The notes beneath the pieces were generated by a model. That model was not told where the DNA came from and did not search any database. It was given only the letters and a program-made list of their open reading frames with translations. Both the position numbers and the translations under genes were made by a program. From positions 1 through 12,028 of the forward strand of contig JAVHPP010000098.1 of NCBI GenBank assembly GCA_036170655.1: DNA of 12,028 bases, given 5' to 3'. How positions within the stretch are numbered: position 1 is the stretch's first letter; each line of letters opens with the position of its first letter. Positions 6,883 to 12,028 of this stretch are shown here, one piece after another. This DNA comes from Candidatus Zixiibacteriota bacterium (GTDB taxonomy: Bacteria > Zixibacteria > MSB-5A5 > WJJR01).

Positions 6883-8010
6883 TCATTCCTCCGCCATCAA
6901 ATCTGCGCGGCGCACAATGCGCAATTGCTTCAAGTACTCCTCCGCGCGGCTGAAGTACTCTTTCGGTTTGCCGCGTGAGCGAATCCACTCGACATACTGG
7001 GCGATGCCATCGTCGACGGAGTACTTGGGCTGAAACCCCAGCGCCTTCAGCCGGTCAGCGTTCGCAAACAGATGCCGCAGATCAATCGGGCGGAAGAATC
7101 CCGGTGTCTCCGGCTCGGTGCTTACTTTGTAGGCCCTGGCGAGCTTGCGCGCGAACTCGGCCACGCCTGTCGCCCTGCCGGTCCCGACATTGAAGACGAC
7201 GCCATTGGCACGACCGTCTTCGGCCACCAGAAGGTTGGCTGCGGCAACGTCCTTGACAAAGATGAAATCACGCGACTGGCGTCCATCCTCATAAATGACC
7301 GGCGGGAGGCCATTGAGCAATCGCGTCGAAAAGATCGAGCAGATCCCGGAATACGGGTTGAACAGTGACTGACGCGGGCCATAGGTGAGCGAGTAGCGCA
7401 GGGCGGTCGCACCGATGCCCAATTCGCGGCCCATCGCCAGGGTCAGACGTTCTTCAAAGTACTTGGTGATTGAATAGACACCGGTGACGTCAGCGTCGGT
7501 CATCTCATCGGTGGGACGCGGGGCTGCGTCGGCACCGCACTGCGGGCAGGGGACCTCCCACTGGCCGCGGCGGAAACGGTCTTCCGAGCGAAGCGGCGGG
7601 TGGAAATCGCCATGGATGGCACACGTGTACTTGCCCTCACCATAGATGGCCTGCGACGATGCGGTCACCACCTTGCGAATCGGCAATGATTTTTTCTTGA
7701 TGACTTCGAACATCAGGGTCGTGCCGACAGCATTGACCGCGGTCATCTTGGAAATCTCGGGAGCAAATCCTCCGTAGGCGGCCTCGTGAAAAACGGTATC
7801 GATCCCCTTCAGTGCGCGTTCCCATGCAGATTCGTCACGGACATCAGCCTCAATGAACTCGGCATCATGCGGGATCCAGTCCGGCCGGCCATCCAAGTGG
7901 ACGGTCGGCTCAAGGTTGTCGAGGATGCGGACAGAATGCCCCCGTTCCAGCAGCAAATCCACAATGTGAGAACCAATGAGTCCGGCGCCGCCGGTCACCA
8001 GTGCCTTCAT
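6883..8010 (-). CDS. NAD-dependent NDP-sugar epimerase/dehydratase (extended SDR) with a Cys/His insertion, WbiB (dTDP-L-rhamnose 4-epimerase)-like, 375 aa
   Basis: VTGGAGLIGS, ASSQAIYGEG, catalytic YSITK, YGPRQ, EDGRQSRDFIFVKDVA and FNVGTG, with a C-x2-H-x21-C-x2-C insertion. GAGGAG lies 8 nt before ATG 8010. Substrate not established. Confidence 0.9.
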   Translation of the reverse strand: MKALVTGGAGLIGSHIVDLLLERGHSVRILDNLEPTVHLDGRPDWIPHDAEFIEADVRDESAWERALKGIDTVFHEAAYGGFAPEISKMTAVNAVGTTLMFEVIKKKSLPIRKVVTASSQAIYGEGKYTCAIHGDFHPPLRSEDRFRRGQWEVPCPQCGADAAPRPTDEMTDADVTGVYSITKYFEERLTLAMGRELGIGATALRYSLTYGPRQSLFNPYSGICSIFSTRLLNGLPPVIYEDGRQSRDFIFVKDVAAANLLVAEDGRANGVVFNVGTGRATGVAEFARKLARAYKVSTEPETPGFFRPIDLRHLFANADRLKALGFQPKYSVDDGIAQYVEWIRSRGKPKEYFSRAEEYLKQLRIVRRADLMAEE

Positions 8011-8058
8011 GGGCAAAACTCCTCAGTGGCCGTATTTTCAAACGGCCAAGAAATGGTC

Positions 8059-8086
8059 AAGTTACATGCCTTGCTGCCGCGCGCAA
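8059..8086 (-). promoter_or_regulatory. Candidate sigma70-type promoter for the epimerase gene
   Basis: TTGCGC (8086-8081), 16 nt, TAACTT (8064-8059), about 50 nt upstream of the start. The same ATGTAACTT occurs upstream of the DUF2723 gene. Confidence 0.45.
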
Positions 8087-8181
8087 GAGAAAGATCCCAG
8101 TGATGATTCCAACAGCAAATCTGCGGCTTGGCGCTGAATGGCCACGCAACATTCCTTTTGTTCGATAAAATAACCGCTTGA

Positions 8182-8216
8182 CAGAACCCGCAAGCAGGCG
8201 ATCTTGCGGGGGTCTG
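8182..8216 (-). terminator. Stable hairpin, possible terminator or 3' boundary
   Basis: CAGA-CC-CCCGCAAG / CTTGCGGG-T-TCTG, 12 bp with an 8-nt loop. The U-rich tract TTATTTTAT starts 8 nt downstream, so it is not a canonical intrinsic terminator. Confidence 0.45.
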
Positions 8217-8226
8217 GGCGGATCAG

Positions 8227-8344
8227 ATGCTGCCGGGGCCGGGTCTGGCCTCAGTTGTTGTTGGCACACCGTTTGAACGCTGCGTTCGTTCCCCCTCAGC
8301 CCAGCGCCTTGTAATTTTGCACCACATCTCGACCCCGGCGACAT
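8227..8344 (-). ncRNA. Candidate structured RNA (~118 nt rod with central bubble), family unassigned
   Basis: Hand-folded: the ends pair (AUGU-C-GCCGGGGUCG with CGGCCCCGGC-A-GCAU), followed by an A/C-rich central bubble and inner helices. Several G-U pairs form only on the minus strand. No expression evidence. Confidence 0.4.
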
Positions 8345-8346
8345 AT

Positions 8347-8369
8347 ATATCGTCGGAGCGGGACGATAT
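8347..8369. other. Perfect 8-bp inverted repeat immediately after the DUF2723 stop
   Basis: ATATCGTC (8347-8354), 7-nt loop, GACGATAT (8362-8369). No U-tract. Confidence 0.5.
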
Positions 8370-8371
8370 CG

Positions 8372-10900
8372 TTACTGGCCGGCGCCTGCGGCGAGGGTAC
8401 GGGCCCGAGCATCGTCCGGGTAGTACTCGAGCCATTTCCGCGCGGCCTTGGCGGACAAGTCTGATCTCTTGTTGGCGATGCAGTAATTGACAAATGACTG
8501 GTACGTCATCTGGTCGTACGGGTTCATGTAGAAGGCCCGCGCCAGATACTCGCCCGCCTGATCGGTCCGGCCGGCCAGTTCACACATCTTGCCCCAGAAC
8601 AGCCAATAGATGCGATTGTCCGGCGTTTCGCGTGCGTACGCGCCGACGGCGTCAGTTCCGCGGTCGATCAGGTCGCGTGCGCCCGCTGAGTCTCCGCGCG
8701 CCTTCATCATCTCGGCCATCTGGTCATAGCATCTCCAGTAGAACGGGAAGGTCTCGACCGCCTTTCGATTCCAATGCTCCCATTTCAGCGTGTCGTTCTG
8801 ACGCCGGTAATGGTCAGCGAGGCCCAGCATCTTCTCGGGAAACGCCATGGCCAGCCCGATGGCATTGTCATCCAAACCGACCTTGGGGGAATTGTAGCTG
8901 CGATATTGGAAGACCGAATCCATCAGGGCCGCGGTGCGATCGTAATCGAATTCGTAGTTCGCATCTTCCCGGATGACTTCAAACGCATTGCCAATCATCC
9001 GGCAGTGACGTTCCAGTCCGAGTCGCGATTTATCGGCGGGCGAGCCGGAAAAGTAGACGGGGCGCTCCCACTTGTTGTTAATGATGATGTGTTCGACAAT
9101 CAACTGGGCCGGCGAGACGACGTCCTCCCCGTCACGCGTGGTGAAGAGATAATGCCGCGATCCGGTCACGGGGTCGCGGTAGGGTTCTTTGGGACGGAAC
9201 ATGTCGGGACCCAGTGACCGATCCAGGACAGCCCAGAGGATTTGATCATCAGTGAAGGTGACCGGCAATCCCCAAGAATGTTTCATTTGGTAGATATACC
9301 AGTCAGTCTGCGCCAGCGACAGGTTGACAATCGAGACATCCCGTCGCACGCCATAAACGTCCTGGATACACCACAAAGGGAAGGTATCGTTGTCGCCGCC
9401 GGTGAAGAGAATGGCGTTTGGCCCGCAGGACTGAAGGAGATCATAGGCGTAATCGTACGGTGTGTAATTCCCCGAACGGTCCGCGCCACGCCAGTTGGCC
9501 CTCAGGGTGTGCAGGGGAAGCAGGGCCGCGACAATGCCAATCGCAATCGGGATCGCCTGACGCTTCCATTGTTTCATGGCGAGTTCTGCCAAGCCGGCTA
9601 GCCCCAAGCCCATCATCATGCCAAACACGATGAAGGCCGGTGTGAAGAAATAATCCCGGTCGCGCACCTCCATGTAGGCATCGGGCGCAAGACGGTAGTA
9701 CTGCGTGCCATCGGCAAAATTCATATACCAGACCAAACCGACTGATCCCGTCAGGAAAAGAAGCAGAACGTACATGCCCCACGGTGGGCGGCGACGGATC
9801 AACCACCAGACACCCCAGTAACCGACCAGCATGACCGGCACCATCGGCCAACCATCGAAACCATACTGTTTGCGGAAAGAGCGGTAGAACCCCATGTGGG
9901 CGTGATCGCCGAGCTGGTTGGTCCATGTTCCACGGCGGGTGAAGGCTCGTTCGACCATTCCGGTCTGGCCATACTGCTTGCGTTCGAGGAAGCTGCGGAA
10001 CGAGTCGAATGTTTCCGGATTGTTCTCATCGATGTGAGGATTCTGATGCGAGCGGATGGGGATAAAAAGCTGCGAGGTATACCCCAGCCAGCCGGCCACC
10101 ATGATGGCGGCGACCAGACTCCAACCCGCACGGGCCCGAGGGGACAAGGCCATCAGGACGGTGATGACCGCCCAAGCGCTGGCGGCGACAAGAAACCAGG
10201 TCAGGTCAACCGCAACCATGAACATGACGAGCCCGGTCACCCAGAAACGCCAGTCCCGCCGCAGGCCTTCATCAACCATCACAATCAGGAGGAAGACCAC
10301 GGGCATGGCGAGGAAAACCGTCATGTGGATGCCCAAGGAGAGCAATGCCAGATACCCGATCGCAATCAGGTAACGGTTCCCTCGCGGCTTGTGACGACTG
10401 TCAATCCAGCGCAAGGTCAGCCAAGTCAGGAACAGGATGAGAAACATGGATGCGCCATAAACTTCGGCTTCGACCGCGTTGTTCCAGTGGGTTTCCGAAA
10501 AAGCAAGAAAAAGAGACCCGGAAATACCGCCGCAGATGGCGACGACGGTTTGCCAAGGTTCCATTGGCTGGTCGTTGACACTCAGCGCGCCACGGATCAG
10601 CCGGACCAAAACTAACAGGGCGATCCCGGCGGCGAGGGCGCTGGAAAAGGCGGAAATGTAATTGATTCGAACCGCAAGGTCGGACGACAGTGGCAGAATG
10701 GAAAATATCCGTCCGATCAGCACAAAAAGCGGTGTCCCGGGCGGGTGGGGGATACCAAGGATATTGGAGCAGGCGATGAATTCCCCACAATCCCAATAGG
10801 ATAGCGTGGGTGCCGCCGTCAATACATAGACGGCCAGAGTGAACAGGGTGACAACCCCTGCCACGAGATACTGTATTCTGTTGAACGTCCGCTCATCCAT
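8372..10900 (-). CDS. DUF2723 / TMEM260-like multi-pass GT-C glycosyltransferase with C-terminal TPR-like domain, ~842 aa
   Basis: Signature LTAAPTLSYWDCGEF...LGIPHPPGTPLF, plus WNNAVEAEVY, EVRDRDYFF and FTGGDNDTFPLW. Many hydrophobic helices, then a soluble domain and TPR-like helices (YLARAFYMNPYD, WLEYYPDD). Start is ATG 10900 or TTG 10906. Confidence 0.92.
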   Translation of the reverse strand: MDERTFNRIQYLVAGVVTLFTLAVYVLTAAPTLSYWDCGEFIACSNILGIPHPPGTPLFVLIGRIFSILPLSSDLAVRINYISAFSSALAAGIALLVLVRLIRGALSVNDQPMEPWQTVVAICGGISGSLFLAFSETHWNNAVEAEVYGASMFLILFLTWLTLRWIDSRHKPRGNRYLIAIGYLALLSLGIHMTVFLAMPVVFLLIVMVDEGLRRDWRFWVTGLVMFMVAVDLTWFLVAASAWAVITVLMALSPRARAGWSLVAAIMVAGWLGYTSQLFIPIRSHQNPHIDENNPETFDSFRSFLERKQYGQTGMVERAFTRRGTWTNQLGDHAHMGFYRSFRKQYGFDGWPMVPVMLVGYWGVWWLIRRRPPWGMYVLLLFLTGSVGLVWYMNFADGTQYYRLAPDAYMEVRDRDYFFTPAFIVFGMMMGLGLAGLAELAMKQWKRQAIPIAIGIVAALLPLHTLRANWRGADRSGNYTPYDYAYDLLQSCGPNAILFTGGDNDTFPLWCIQDVYGVRRDVSIVNLSLAQTDWYIYQMKHSWGLPVTFTDDQILWAVLDRSLGPDMFRPKEPYRDPVTGSRHYLFTTRDGEDVVSPAQLIVEHIIINNKWERPVYFSGSPADKSRLGLERHCRMIGNAFEVIREDANYEFDYDRTAALMDSVFQYRSYNSPKVGLDDNAIGLAMAFPEKMLGLADHYRRQNDTLKWEHWNRKAVETFPFYWRCYDQMAEMMKARGDSAGARDLIDRGTDAVGAYARETPDNRIYWLFWGKMCELAGRTDQAGEYLARAFYMNPYDQMTYQSFVNYCIANKRSDLSAKAARKWLEYYPDDARARTLAAGAGQ

Positions 10901-10952
10901 TCTCAATTGGTCACCCCTTCAGAAGTTTCTGCCAGCAGCCGATGAATAAAGG

Positions 10953-10987
10953 GTAACTAAGTTACATCCCGTTGCCCTGTTGGCCAA
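10953..10987 (-). promoter_or_regulatory. Candidate promoter for the DUF2723 gene with an overlapping palindrome
   Basis: TTGGCC (10987-10982), 17 nt, TAACTT (10964-10959). The -10 lies within the palindrome GTAACT-A-AGTTAC (10953-10965). Confidence 0.45.
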
Positions 10988-11079
10988 CGGGAAACAGGCG
11001 TCCGAAGACCGGAATTCGGAATCATTGTCGAAGTTGACATTCGTCGCATTACGGGATGATCTCAAGCACGGGAGGGGAC

Positions 11080-11352
11080 ATGCTGATCTGGTGCGGGATA
11101 CTTTTCACTCTTGGCATCCTTGCCTTCATGGATAGTCTCTTCAATTATGGGGACATCTTCCGGCAGGTTAACTCGGTGCTGTTCATGCTGGTATCGCTGG
11201 GACTCCTGGTCAGAACGACCACGAAGATTCGTACCCATGCGATCGAAAAGAATCTTGAACGCATCAACGCCCTGGAAGAGCAAATCGTTGCTCTACAACA
11301 GGGTGGCCGGAAAGACCGGGAACCATCCCAGCGTGTCAGCGTGTCGGCCTGA
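11080..11352 (+). CDS. Small hypothetical membrane protein, 90 aa (two hydrophobic segments plus coiled-coil-like tail)
   Basis: GGAGGGG SD just before ATG 11080, with TTGACA at 11034-11039 upstream. Hydrophobic MLIWCGILFTLGILAFM and SVLFMLVSLGLLV, then heptad-like IEKNLERINALEEQIVALQ. It fills the gap between two minus-strand genes without overlap. Confidence 0.75.
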   Translation: MLIWCGILFTLGILAFMDSLFNYGDIFRQVNSVLFMLVSLGLLVRTTTKIRTHAIEKNLERINALEEQIVALQQGGRKDREPSQRVSVSA

Positions 11353-11394
11353 GTTTCCCGAGGCACGTGCGATTTCCATCATGTCACCGCAGGC

Positions 11395-12027
11395 TTAAGG
11401 CTGCGGGACATCCAGCTTCTGCAAGTGCAGCCGCGCGTCCTCAACAAGCGGCGAATCCTTGTATTCCATGATGATCGTCTGATACGCGGCGCGTGCCTGC
11501 TGGCGGTCGGCCAGCGGACCTTCGTACAACGCGCCGATCGCCGCCCAGGCCCTTGGGACAAGGTGACTGTCGCGATAACGTGCGATGAGTGAGTGGTAGT
11601 CTGCCACGGCCTCGCTTGGTGTTGTCCGTGCGGTGTGGATAGCCGCGATTTGGAAGAGACCATATGGCGCCAGTTTGTTGGCCGAATCGGCCACGATCTG
11701 GCCAAAGGATACGAGGGCAGAGTCTGTCATCCCTCGCCGCCATGCGTACAGACCTGCGGCGTACCGGTCCAGTGACCAGTTCATCGCATCCTTGCTGTCG
11801 GTGAGGAGAACCTTCAATTCGAGGGCATCGTTGACGTACAGGCCACGCGGGAATCGCTGGACCAGTCCTTTCAGATCAGTTGCGCACCCGTCATACTCCT
11901 TGGAGAACAACCGGAGTTCGGCAATCCGGAAGGCGATTTCCTCACTTTCGTCCTGATTGGGACGGGCGGCTTGTGCTGCGCGATAGGAGGAATCGGCGGC
12001 AGCAAGCTCCCCGAAATAGACATCCAA
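11395..12027 (-). CDS. Tetratricopeptide-repeat protein, C-terminal part (5' end outside the window)
   Basis: Open frame to the window edge with repeated BamD/CpoB-type TPR units (LVQRFPRG, YHSLIARYRDSHLVPRAWAAIG, YQTIIMEYKDSPLVEDAR). TAA at 11395-11397. Confidence 0.85.
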   Translation of the reverse strand: MDVYFGELAAADSSYRAAQAARPNQDESEEIAFRIAELRLFSKEYDGCATDLKGLVQRFPRGLYVNDALELKVLLTDSKDAMNWSLDRYAAGLYAWRRGMTDSALVSFGQIVADSANKLAPYGLFQIAAIHTARTTPSEAVADYHSLIARYRDSHLVPRAWAAIGALYEGPLADRQQARAAYQTIIMEYKDSPLVEDARLHLQKLDVPQP

Positions 12028-12028
12028 G

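Noticed and set aside
8227..8344. SRP RNA, tRNA-Sec, TPP or cobalamin riboswitch identity for the structured element
   Set aside because: It lacks the SRP CAGG-GNRA-AGCA domain, has no cloverleaf or UCA anticodon arm, and shows only fragmentary resemblance to TPP or B12 motifs. Downstream genes do not fit those riboswitches.
8057..8490. Short ORFs in the DUF2723-epimerase spacer (8057-8344, 8223-8435, 8227-8490)
   Set aside because: No suitably spaced SD, no recognisable motifs, and they overlap hairpins or the DUF2723 gene end.
11395..12027. Frequent D-S/T-x tripeptides resembling the Bacteroidota O-glycosylation sequon in the TPR and other exported proteins
   Set aside because: Some are ordinary TPR turn motifs, and similar tripeptides occur in the cytoplasmic enzymes here. 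Enrichment cannot be shown without a proteome-wide count.

Overview
Bacterial chromosomal window, moderately GC-rich by eye, from a diderm (outer-membrane barrel, lipoprotein and DUF2723 gene; FCB-like affiliation is only an inference). Almost all genes are on the minus strand. In transcription order they are: a 5'-truncated TPR protein; a DUF2723/TMEM260-like GT-C glycosyltransferase with C-terminal TPR-like helices; an NDP-sugar epimerase with a Cys/His insertion; a DPM1-like GT2; an exported M16 zinc peptidase; a YdfG-like SDR; a small gene missing from the ORF track; a divergent squalene/phytoene-synthase-family enzyme; an outer-membrane beta-barrel; and a 3'-truncated lipoprotein. One small membrane protein lies on the plus strand. 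The strongest hidden feature is the missing gene: a 74-aa Rdx (SelW/SelT/SelH-like) selenoprotein at 1843-2067 (-) with an in-frame UGA in a CxxU motif followed by a SECIS-like hairpin. Also notable are a candidate three-gene lipid-linked protein glycosylation module, a ~118-nt rod-shaped candidate ncRNA with a central bubble, REP-like palindromes, and 7-nt and 9-nt tandem repeats in intergenic spacers. All calls come from reading the sequence by hand; no searches or folding programs were run.
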